Source of the DNA: Schizochytrium sp. TIO01
Taxonomy: Eukaryota > Protista > Bigyra: Labyrinthulomycetes
Assembly (NCBI GenBank): GCA_004764695.1
Contig: SMSO01000031.1
Span: 6,120,761-6,184,760, forward strand
Length of the DNA stretch: 64,000 nucleotides
Reading direction: 5' to 3'
Positions 1-9,835 of this stretch are shown piece after piece; position 1 is the first letter of the stretch; every line of letters starts with the position of its first letter. The notes under the pieces were generated by a model. The model saw only the letters and a list, made by a program, of their open reading frames with translations, ran no database searches and was not told the DNA's origin. The translations under genes and the position numbers were made by a program.

Positions 1-574
1 TTGGCTAGACTTTCATCAGACAAAAGAAGATGGATCCATGATCACATTGTCATTACAACGTGGAGGCGGTCCTTTCCTTTAAAAAGAAAAGTACCATTGC
101 CATTGAGGAGTTTATTTGGGAAAGAGTGTTAAACTTAGCAGAATATATAAAAAAAATAACAAAAACTCTTCACTCTCTTATCTCTTTGTTTTTCAATTGT
201 ATAAAGAAGAATTTCAACTGTTTCCTTGAAAGAGAGATTTGAACCAGAGAGTCTGCACTAGGGCCTTCAAGTTCCGGGAAGCAGGAATTTGGACACTACA
301 ATGATATAAGTATGACATCAATTCATTCTTTAATATACATGACTCTAAATACGATTGCACGCCCAAGGGAAAAAGAGAATTCTTGAATAAGAATTCAACT
401 TCTGTTTTTCACTCTTTGCCAAAATCTAGTTTGTTGTGACGTCTGGTGGCCATATAATTCCAATGTTAACCTTTACCAAACAAACTAGCAAAGTTAATAT
501 GTCTCAGTTTCACTCTTAGCGAAAGTCCTTACAACAAAGGTAAAAATCACACGAAATAAGACCTAATGAACTCA

Positions 575-2953
575 TTATTCAAGTGCTGAAGCGATGTTTC
601 CGTAGAACTTTTGTAGGCTTGGATTCTTTAAGGAGGTCCGCATCTTCTCGTCGTCGCCGTCTATGTTATTTTTACCAGTACGCTGTCTAGGAACTGAGCT
701 CTTGTTCCCTGGTTTACCACCTGAAACATATGAATGCTGAGTAGTAAGTCGTTGCAGAGTGTATTGGTGAGTTCGTTCAAAATAATTAATCCATCGATTT
801 GCATAACTTAAGGAAAGTCGTGCGAGGCGACGGGCATTCTGTGATGAGACACAGGCTTCTGCAGGTCGACGCAATAATAACTGTTCAACAGCAATATTGT
901 GGTAGCACACAGCTACCATACATATTTTTTGTGCACTCGTGCCGCCAACTTGCAAGCGTTCGTCATCCACCATATCGAGAATTTGGGCTAAGCATTTGAT
1001 AGACTCTTCATGCTTGCTCATCAACGATAAAATTGCACCACAGTGCAAATGGCATTTGGCAACATGCTCCCATTGTTGCAAGCGGTGATGAGCACGCATA
1101 GCCTTCTGTACGTAAAGGGATGCTGCATTTGTCTTCTTCCGTTTGTAATAGTAGTATCCCAGGCCATCCATTGTGAACGCTCGCAGTTGGATTCGAATTG
1201 CACCAACAAATGCTGTGCCACCATCCAATGCAGAAGTGCTATCTAGAAGCTCTTCTGCTTGTTTGAACACCTGAAGTGCACCTCCAAAACGCCCAAGATC
1301 AGAAAGCTTAGATCCAAATATATTGCAGCATGCAACAAGTTGCCTCCACATCATACGCTCAACGAGACCTCCCCCATGCTCATCGTCATCCTGAAGAAGG
1401 CTAGGGTCCAAAGTAGCGTAATCAATCATATAGGCATCTTGAGTGCCTTGCATCTCCGAAAATTCTGAAGGTTGATTTATTGAAGGCTTTAGATCGCAAG
1501 TATGCAAATCTGCAGGCTCCTTTTCTTTTTGTGATGTGTCACTTAAAGCTAGCTGTTGTGTTGCTTCGCGTCGTCGTTGAGCACGTTCATGAACTGCTTC
1601 TCGTGTGAACTCTCGAAGTGCATCTAGAGCTCGATCGATATAATCCTCATATTTCGCTTTTTTCTCAAGCTCTCGAAGTTCACGGCATAAACGGTGTGTG
1701 CAACGGCTTGGATCAATGTTGCTAAGTCTGTGAACATCCATGCGAAGGCTGCGATTAGATATTGCGCACCAAACAGCCCTAAGACGCCCCGACCCGTAAA
1801 ACCAAATTGGTTTAGGTTGTTTGAGTTCTTTGGCCGCCACGCTTGATGTAGCACGACTTGGAGAACTTCGCTGACGAGGAGCTGACGAAAGGCTTGGAAG
1901 AGATACATTAGAGGAGAGGTGATTGTTCTTAGGGGTTGAAAGGTTCGAAGCGAAAAATTGCCGATTTCCACCTCGGGTTTTCTTGGAGGATGGTGTTCCT
2001 GTACGAGCCGTGCGCTGTTCGGTTTCGTTAATACTATTGGCATTATAGAGCACGAGAATGCTTCTTGCTAGTTCGTTTTCCCATTCGCGATCTCCAAGCG
2101 CAGAGACTTCCCCGCCGTGGTTTGCTGGTGGTGCTGGGCCCTGAACGCTGGGCCGGAGATGAGAAACAGAAGCTTTGTTACGACTTTTGTTATTATTGCT
2201 GCCTTGTTTTAAAGCTTCAGCAGCGAGTTGGTTCTTGTCGCTATTAATTTCCGCGATACTGTTGCGTTTTACACGAGCAGAAACTTTATCACTGTCGATA
2301 CTTGTACTTAAGGATGCAGGTTTCTTGTCCTTTTGTCGTTTAGTTCTCTTGCGAATGCGTTTCTCAACAGCTTTCTTCTTTTGATCATTTTGCAGTTGTT
2401 CACGTGTAGCCATCGCAGCCTCCCGCTCATCCTGTCGAATGTCAAGGGTTGCTTGCACCTGCTTCAATTCTTCATCTCGTGCGCGGTCTTCAGCAATAGT
2501 TTGATCGTCAGCTAATACATAAAAATCTCCGTCCTCATCCTCAGAATACATTAGAGAATCATCACTGTCACTGTCACTGTCTGCATCTATTCGTTCACCA
2601 TCGTGGTGAAGTTCACTATTCTGTATTTCAGAATACCCCGGTTGGTGTTCTGTTTCAAGTTCAATTGCATTTGACTTGCTTACGTTATGGCTCAGCACGT
2701 CGCTTTTTTTAGAGACAAGACCGCTTTCTTTTGGTCGTTTGCGGCGCAACTTGCGTCTTGTTGAGATCTTCCCTGCACTTCGTGAGTTTCTTAATTGTCC
2801 TTCGTTTCCCCCTTGCTGATGAGATATCTTTCCACTGCCGACACTCGAGCCATCAGCGGATTTCGTATGTCTAGCTTTTGTCTCCTCGAGCGGAAATTCG
2901 CCCCGTAGAAGCCGCTCGCTTTCTTCAATCAGTGCTTGCGTGTGCGCGTCCAT
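575..2953 (-). CDS. TPR-repeat protein with N-terminal disordered/coiled-coil region (792 aa), function unknown
   Basis: Uninterrupted ATG-started 792-aa ORF. The C-terminal third has TPR-like helices (TMDGLGYYYYKRKK..ASLYVQKAM; CHLHCGAILSLMSKHEESIKCL; AVCYHNIAVEQLLL). The N-terminal part is acidic/basic low complexity with a coiled-coil. Confidence 0.85.
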   Translation of the reverse strand: MDAHTQALIEESERLLRGEFPLEETKARHTKSADGSSVGSGKISHQQGGNEGQLRNSRSAGKISTRRKLRRKRPKESGLVSKKSDVLSHNVSKSNAIELETEHQPGYSEIQNSELHHDGERIDADSDSDSDDSLMYSEDEDGDFYVLADDQTIAEDRARDEELKQVQATLDIRQDEREAAMATREQLQNDQKKKAVEKRIRKRTKRQKDKKPASLSTSIDSDKVSARVKRNSIAEINSDKNQLAAEALKQGSNNNKSRNKASVSHLRPSVQGPAPPANHGGEVSALGDREWENELARSILVLYNANSINETEQRTARTGTPSSKKTRGGNRQFFASNLSTPKNNHLSSNVSLPSLSSAPRQRSSPSRATSSVAAKELKQPKPIWFYGSGRLRAVWCAISNRSLRMDVHRLSNIDPSRCTHRLCRELRELEKKAKYEDYIDRALDALREFTREAVHERAQRRREATQQLALSDTSQKEKEPADLHTCDLKPSINQPSEFSEMQGTQDAYMIDYATLDPSLLQDDDEHGGGLVERMMWRQLVACCNIFGSKLSDLGRFGGALQVFKQAEELLDSTSALDGGTAFVGAIRIQLRAFTMDGLGYYYYKRKKTNAASLYVQKAMRAHHRLQQWEHVAKCHLHCGAILSLMSKHEESIKCLAQILDMVDDERLQVGGTSAQKICMVAVCYHNIAVEQLLLRRPAEACVSSQNARRLARLSLSYANRWINYFERTHQYTLQRLTTQHSYVSGGKPGNKSSVPRQRTGKNNIDGDDEKMRTSLKNPSLQKFYGNIASALE

Positions 2954-5247
2954 CGCGTAAAATGTCTACTGCTTGGTCAGTCACACCGCTTGACTAGGCA
3001 AGCGAGCAGACAGGTACTCAGATTCGAATTATTGTTGCTCAAGCACTCATTGAAATGCGCGATCTCAAAGGAAATGAGGCAGCGCTTTTATTTCCTTTTT
3101 TAATTTAATCAAGCTATTACACTCTTGAACTTAATCCCTTCACGATTTGGTAACGAGAAGTATGCCAACTTTAGACCACCAATGGCATATTATAACTTGA
3201 TCTTTCAATAATTTGTATATCCTTAAAACTTATTATTTATTATGTCATTGGCTTATGAATATAAGCATATCACGAGTGTTCCCGAGACCGCAGACCCTTT
3301 ATGACTGAATCACCTTGTACCATAAGATAATTATAAAATTATAGTACTCGGCTAGTAACGATACTTAACAAGTAGGATTGCCACAAAACGATACTTTACA
3401 CACTTTCTTGATTAGAAGGACTTTTGGCGTTCTCAATCAATAGCTTGAAGTAGAAGTGCTGTCCATATAGTTAAAAAAAAAAATGCCAAGAACAACCTGA
3501 TTGCTTTAATAGAGGTACACACCATTCCGTTGCAGACTTTAGCTACAATAGCTAATATAAACCCTAATAGACAGATTCGTCAAGGCTGACTAGTTCTTTC
3601 TCGAATTACATTGTGAATGTGTGGTCAAATGCTTACTTTATACTTCTAGGCACAAGTTCTGCTCTCCTTATTATTTTTCATGTGCTCGTCATCACCCTGT
3701 ACCGGTTACAACAGTACAGACTATAATACTTCGAAGTTTAAGCTGCGTCCAAATGTCTCTACTCCAATCCTTTTAATCTTCAACAGAAACACCTTGCTTG
3801 ATTGAGTTAATGGTTTCTGACTACAATTTTGATACTGTCTCCATTGTATACTCCTGCAAACACTTATTCCATCATCATCTCTCCCAAGGGTCAACATTTC
3901 ATATTAACCTCACCTACTCTCCAAACCATCGCAGTGTCATTTGCATTTCTCTACTTAGATAGGCTTCGTCTAACAAAATTAGACAGGAACGTTCCCAAAA
4001 CAGTCCACCATGGTTCTTTTAGTGTACTCCAGCAGTCCTAACAGTCTCTAACAGGGATTAAACTAATGCTTCTTAGCATCCTATTAATAACAAGTTCAAA
4101 TAACATTGGTAGAGTGTTCTTAGTGCCTCGGATGTTCTATGGTGGTTCCTCGTGGCAGAGCCCACCGCGGCGAGGGTTTGAGAGCGCAATGGATTCCTCC
4201 TACCTCTATTGTTGTTGAAGGCAATTCCTCATTGGGTGGGGTGAGGTGCGAGAGGTGAGGCATACGGGCGTGCGACGTGTGGAATACGGCGTGGGGCTTT
4301 GTTCCTGTGATTGGATTTGCGTTGGGTTGTCCTAGAGAAGTTTTGCTTTGACCGCGAGGTGATTGCATCCGATTCATTCTCTTTGGGCTTCCGACCTTCC
4401 GCTCCAAGTACCTCGTGAGCTCCTGCGTTTGTAGGGTTGTTGGGCTATATTGCCTACTTTGCCGCAGCCCTGCTAGTCCCTCCTCCGTTTTCACCTTTGC
4501 TCTGGAAGTCGCTTGTCTTCGCCTTGCTCTACGCTTTCTGCACGTGCCTTTCTTGTATCTCTTTTTGTAAAGAAAAAAGAAAAGCCCTTTCAACTTTTTC
4601 TGGCAAGTGCGACAACAACGAAGGACTAACTTGACCAAGACACCTGCTGCCGCAGTTTCTACTTAATCACCCACAAGGAGTGTACAGTATAGATTCTGCG
4701 AGTTTCAAAGCTTCTTTGCTTGGTCTCGTTGCAACCTTTTTTTTTTGGATAGCTGATTTGTCTATTGCGCTTCGTTAGCTTCTACCTCGTGGTATACATT
4801 GAAGTAGAGCTCAAGAAGCGAGTTAGACGTTCTGTGTGTCTATTAGCCTATCTGCCGGCCTACTTCAAGGTCATTAAGTCCTTAAGTCCTTAAGTTACTC
4901 AAATCTAGGGACAGCACGTCAGAGTTTTCTCTTGAATTTCAATTGCCTCACCCCCCACCCAATTTGGAATTCACCCTGCCCACCCACCCCCAACCTTTTT
5001 GCAGATTACTCTGTATTTCGCTGGAAATCCACAAGGGGAAATAAGATTGTTTCTCCTCTGCTGGTTTCTTCACTACCTCTTCTCATTTTGTGTTGACTGT
5101 AGTCAGCTTGGAGAGGAGAAGGGAGTCTGAGCTTTGACTTCGTTTGCCAGCTTTCAGTGGCTTACTGTCTACTCGAGCTAAACCTGAACCTGCTTGCAGA
5201 GTCTCTCTACATTCGGATTTGAGAGTTTGCCGTTGTCTAACGAGACT

Positions 5248-6459
5248 ATGAACTCAATCGTGGAGACCGATGATGCATTTTTGCATGATTTCTTTGACGC
5301 CACTCTCCCTGTTAGACTCAACTCTATGAGCGAAACTAAGCTTCATGACCTTGATGAGGACGACTACCTGGGAATCCTTTGCACCAGTCCTAGTGCTGAC
5401 TTGGTCTTGGAGGATCATGCTCCTATGCTCGAAGCCAGCGTGGAATGCAAGCTAGAGGCTGACTCTCACTTTAGCCAGTCACCCTGTTCTCCGGTTGGAA
5501 GTTCCTACAAGGAAAGCTTTGAAGCCTATCAGGAGTCGGGCGCACTGCTTACTGAGGTCTATCCTACTACTCCCGAAAGCTTCAACTCTAGCCCTGATGC
5601 GCTTACAGTCACGTCCAAGGATTGCAGTGTCACTGAATCGAACGGCCGGTGCGACGAGGGCTCGGACCTGGGCTTCAATGAACCCCAGATCTCCATTGCG
5701 CAACACCCTCCAAAAGTGTTTTGCAAGGAGCGCCAGGATTTGACGGCATGTCCCCTTGTTATTCGTATTAATGACGGGATTAAGTTGGACAACCTTGAGG
5801 TTCAGGTCTACTGTGACAAGTCTAGACGGCTCAAGCAAACGCTTGTCGTGAGCACTTCTGCATGGAATCCTTATGAAGGTGTGCTAAGCATGTCCTTTTC
5901 CGATGCCGACATCCCTGTTTTCAAAGCCAACAATCTCCCCTCTGTGAAGGTACATCCTGATCGAACAATCAACGAGAAATGCGTTCTATTCATGCTCATA
6001 GCCAACCGTAGTCACTCGACTGGTCGGTACTACATTGTTATTCAGGGCTCAGGTGCTGATCTCAAGAGATATTCTTGCAACACGAATAGCTTTGAGATCA
6101 AATCCAAAAAGAATAAGAAGTACTCAGACCCATCTATCGATGCTGAGGCTATTTCGCACAAGTACGAGCAGGACTGCCAGAAGCTCACTAAGTCGTTTGT
6201 CGACGGTACTCCGATCCATTTCTTTGACCCGAACGTACTCGTTCCGATTTTCAGCCGGAAGTCTACTCGAGCATCAGTCAAGAATGGAACAGAGGAAGCG
6301 TGCTTTAGACAACTGGAGGCGATCGTCCGCAGCCTTGAGCGTATACCTTCTTCAGAGCAACGCGAATGCCTTTGTAATCGTATTGTTGCAAAGATTAAAG
6401 CACTTGCGAACACCAGCGATATCGCCCCTTCTGAAAAGCGCCGTCGCATCAGCCGCTAA
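5248..6459 (+). CDS. Putative transcription factor with Ig-fold (p53/STAT/CudA/velvet-like) DNA-binding domain
   Basis: The 421-codon ORF has its first ATG at 5248; the track's TTG start at 5194 sits in a TTGCAG splice-acceptor-like site. It has an acidic N-terminus, a central beta-rich domain bounded by ISIAQHPP...TNSFEIKSKK, and a C-terminal NLS-like EKRRRISR. It aligns by eye with the 32.6 kb protein. The ORF is solid; the family call is inferred. Confidence 0.75.
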   Translation: MNSIVETDDAFLHDFFDATLPVRLNSMSETKLHDLDEDDYLGILCTSPSADLVLEDHAPMLEASVECKLEADSHFSQSPCSPVGSSYKESFEAYQESGALLTEVYPTTPESFNSSPDALTVTSKDCSVTESNGRCDEGSDLGFNEPQISIAQHPPKVFCKERQDLTACPLVIRINDGIKLDNLEVQVYCDKSRRLKQTLVVSTSAWNPYEGVLSMSFSDADIPVFKANNLPSVKVHPDRTINEKCVLFMLIANRSHSTGRYYIVIQGSGADLKRYSCNTNSFEIKSKKNKKYSDPSIDAEAISHKYEQDCQKLTKSFVDGTPIHFFDPNVLVPIFSRKSTRASVKNGTEEACFRQLEAIVRSLERIPSSEQRECLCNRIVAKIKALANTSDIAPSEKRRRISR

Positions 6460-8544
6460 AGGCAAGATCATCGAGAGGATTTACGCTTTCTTCTAACACT
6501 CTCTCTTCTCTTCTCTTCCCTTCCCCTCCCTCTCCTCTCCTTTTTTTTTTTTTTTTTCTCCCAAGTTTTATCCACACCTTGAACTGCGACATGATGCAGT
6601 AGGACGACAAATAAAATTCGTAGATTTCTTTCTCTTCTTTTCTTTTTTTTACGAGCACAAATAAACCAAAAAATGTTTCTGGATATCTATGCTACACGGT
6701 GATTCGTTATTAGAACGTTGGAGGGTTTTTGGCCAGTAGGTCCCGATTCAGTCTTTCTACCTGATGTATGTAAGCACCTTGAACTTGAATCCTGAAGGAG
6801 AAATAATATGGTGGCTTACTATTCAGTTAAGAATTTACACGCAGATACAATATCGCTTGCAACGAATTATGAACGTCTTTCATGTTATGGTTTCTATAAG
6901 TTCAAGTGCTGTAGTTGGAATACTTTGATGCTGTAGACTATATGATACAGTCGTAAAGAACTCATTTAATCAAATAACAAATCAATCTATCAGACATCTG
7001 GGTATTCAAGCATTTAGCGAGCCAGGCGTAGGCATACAGGCACGCAAACATACGACCCTGCACATAAATAAAATACAGGGCGACATGTATACGCAAGCAT
7101 TCCTTTATCGCTAGTGCGCACAACACGAGAGTGCAGATCGTAAATTTCTGAGAAAGTTCTGGTCTGGGGACTCTCAGTTTTTTTTGAGAGCAAAATATAC
7201 CATAATCTATCATTCGCACTGTACGAGCTGTGTTTCTGCATCAGCCATGATCACTGGAGTACCCCTAGTGTGCTGATACAGAGAAGAAGCTTGACTACTT
7301 CGATATACCTACTGTATAATCAACATTTGCTTTGGTATACTCGCGCGCTTATCACATCGTTCATTCCATCGCCACGCACGTGTTGGTTTTTAAGCACATA
7401 AAAGGTCCTAAGTACCATATGTAACGACTACGCTAATTAAAAGTAGTAGACACCAATGTGACGCCAAAACTGAATCGAGGAAGAGCTTCTTGACCTTTTG
7501 ATGGACTAGCAGGAGTTCCATCAAACCTTGGGATGATGCAAGGATGATGCAAGGTTGCAGCAGGCGCTCATCCATGGAGCCTTCCAGTCTGCCCTTCGCA
7601 AAGGCCGCTGAAGGCTTCGAGCGGCAGGAACGATCGTCGATGTTTCGCGCTCTCAATCTTATCTCATCTGCCTCGCAATCAAGCGCCGCTTGCAACTCTC
7701 CATTTCCCCAGAGGAGTAACCATCATCATTTACAGATGCCCTCGCCACCGCAGTGGTGGGGACATTCATGCATGGTCCTGGAGCAAGCTCCCCATCTTAG
7801 TATTTTAACTAGAGATTGAAATTTGAGATCGCAATCTCATAATGGTTTAGCCCTATAATGCTACGAGTGAGGAGCATGAACGCTAGTTCATATAAGAACA
7901 ACTGTTCAAGGGAGCAGCTCGAGCAAGCAGAGGCTTATCACCAAAACCAAAACCAGAACTCATCAACACATCACTTCTTGACCGCTGTTACGACCATTTC
8001 ATCAATCCTGGAACAGCCAGGGATTAGGAAGCCAGGCTTTTGCTTCATTTCGAAGAAAGTGGGATCTGAGCAAGAGAGCACCACACGAAAGCCCTCGACT
8101 CTACAAGTTTCACCAGCAACTCACTATGGATCCCGATCACGACGAACCCAACCTCTCTTCTGAAAAGCATAAGCCGGTCTACGCACCTAAGAACCTATCG
8201 CTGCGAAGGAGTGTCGTCTATGTACGCCTGCAGACCACCGCTCTGCAGAAGGTGTGAGTATGCGAGATGGGTCAAAACTATTCATCTCAGTCATGTTTGG
8301 CTTTCAGAGAACCGCTCAAAGCTTGCTGTGAGCACTTGACTATTAGAATATGCTTAGCCTACGCTTGTGACGACCGTGCATAGCAGCATGCAAAGGTCAT
8401 CTGCGTAGCGTTTTGCATATATTTGACTTGCAGGCTGCAACTCGCCAATGTGCTTTGTTGTCTTGGTGTTGAGACGTATGATTCTGATTCGAAGACAATA
8501 GTTAATCATGTACTTTCGAAAAGGTTAAAAAAATTGCGAGTCGA

Positions 8545-9110
8545 ACACATCTACACTGCATCGTACGAGAGAGATGTAACCTGCAACCTTTGTGTTTTTA
8601 ACACACACGCACACAATATAAACTAGATAAGTAGGGATTGATATAATAAGATTAAATTGATAAGCGATTCCTTTGTCGGTGACTTCAGTTGGATGGTGAC
8701 CTAAGTTGGATGTTAACGTTTGTGTTTGTAACATCGAAGCATCGACATGATTGATATGCTCGGTTGTGCTTTGCAAGATCGGTGCTTATTGCAACGATCT
8801 GCATGATTCTGGATAACTTTGATCATTCGAGATATATTTACATGAGAATTTGTTAAACTGAATTTACACTACACTGCAACCTGCAACCTGCAACCTGCAA
8901 ATCTTATGTTGTCGACAGAGAACAAAACTAGATGAACTATGGATTGATACGTGAAGATCAGGATGATAGGAGTATTCGTTGTCGCTGACTCTTGATGGAT
9001 GTTAACGTCTTGTTTTATTGTAACGTTAAAGCATCGGTATGGTCGATATGCCCTGCCATACTCGGCAAGATCAGTCTTTGTTGCATCGGCTCGTATGTTA
9101 AGTTTTGATG
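8545..9110. repeat. Nested diverged ~300-bp tandem duplication inside copy 1 (8545-8830 vs 8865-9110)
   Basis: Shared blocks occur in the same order: tacactgca, aaactagat, ggattgata, ttgtcg.tgact, ggatgttaacgt, aagcatcg, gcaagatc. A short (CTGCAAC)n run lies at ~8874-8900. Confidence 0.7.
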
Positions 9111-9300
9111 TTTTGGGAACGTCTTCAGGCTGTACATGCTTCGAATATACCTTTTGAATTAGTAGTTATAGGGAGGGGGTGGCGGCAGGCGAGGCAGGAA
9201 TAAAGTAAAGCTTTTGACTTTCTACACATCTCATTATGTGCTGCTGTACATATCTCTTTATAAGAAAATAACGTCTTTATAATGTCAAGATTGCGCATGA

Positions 9301-9543
9301 CTAAGCTGTATGCTCAAAGTACAGTTTATTCATGAGCATTGTCATATCGTCAGATGCTTCATTCATGGGCATTTCGTAACGCATGTGCATGGGCATCTGT
9401 GTTGCAAAACCTTGGATTTGCATTGGTGTAAAAAGTATAGGAACTACTCCCGCCATCGGTTCTGACTCACACGCAAGGGTCAGTTCCTGGGAGCTAAGCA
9501 TCATGTAGAATTCAATGGTTGGTTCTTCATTGTCCGGGTCCAT
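9301..9543 (-). CDS. Acidic Met/His-rich microprotein, copy A (80 aa)
   Basis: ATG in AAG-ATG-G context. Start (MDP.NEE), internal LACE and GF.TQMPMHM, and end (LYFEHTA*) are conserved with the paralogue at 12095-12394, and the net length difference keeps the frame. Confidence 0.6.
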   Translation of the reverse strand: MDPDNEEPTIEFYMMLSSQELTLACESEPMAGVVPILFTPMQIQGFATQMPMHMRYEMPMNEASDDMTMLMNKLYFEHTA

Positions 9544-9733
9544 CTTACTTCAGCTAGTTACTGTGCTGTACGCTTGGTCTATACTCTTGTTGTAGACCGC
9601 TATTACTCTATATCGTGGGCCTTTCTACTTTACTTGGGCTGGTTCTGCTTTTGCTTCTGTTTCGCTTGGGCTATTTGGTGTTTGGTTGCAACCTTCCACA
9701 CATACCCCATGCTTCCATCCCTGTTCCATGTTG

Positions 9734-9835
9734 CCATTCATCAAACTCCGAATTCGTGATGTCACGAATTCGAAATATCACGAATTCGAAGTTGCCCGAA
9801 TTCATGATGTCACGAATTTAGCTCCCATCGAATTC
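9734..9835. promoter_or_regulatory. 16-bp-phased GAATTC palindrome array upstream of microprotein A
   Basis: GAATTC at 9750, 9766, 9782, 9798 and 9830, GAATTT at 9814, CCATTC at 9734: an exact 16-bp period. The array starts ~190 bp upstream of the ATG. The regulatory role is inferred. Confidence 0.6.

Noticed and set aside
4120-4638. 172-aa minus-strand ORF
   Set aside because: Non-ATG start with poly-K/F from homopolymers; probably promoter/5' leader of the 5.2 kb gene.
7275-7287. GATACAGAGAAGA resembling the U6 snRNA ACAGAGA box
   Set aside because: Only ~13 nt match; the flanking U6 sequence (TTAGCATGGCCCC etc.) is absent.
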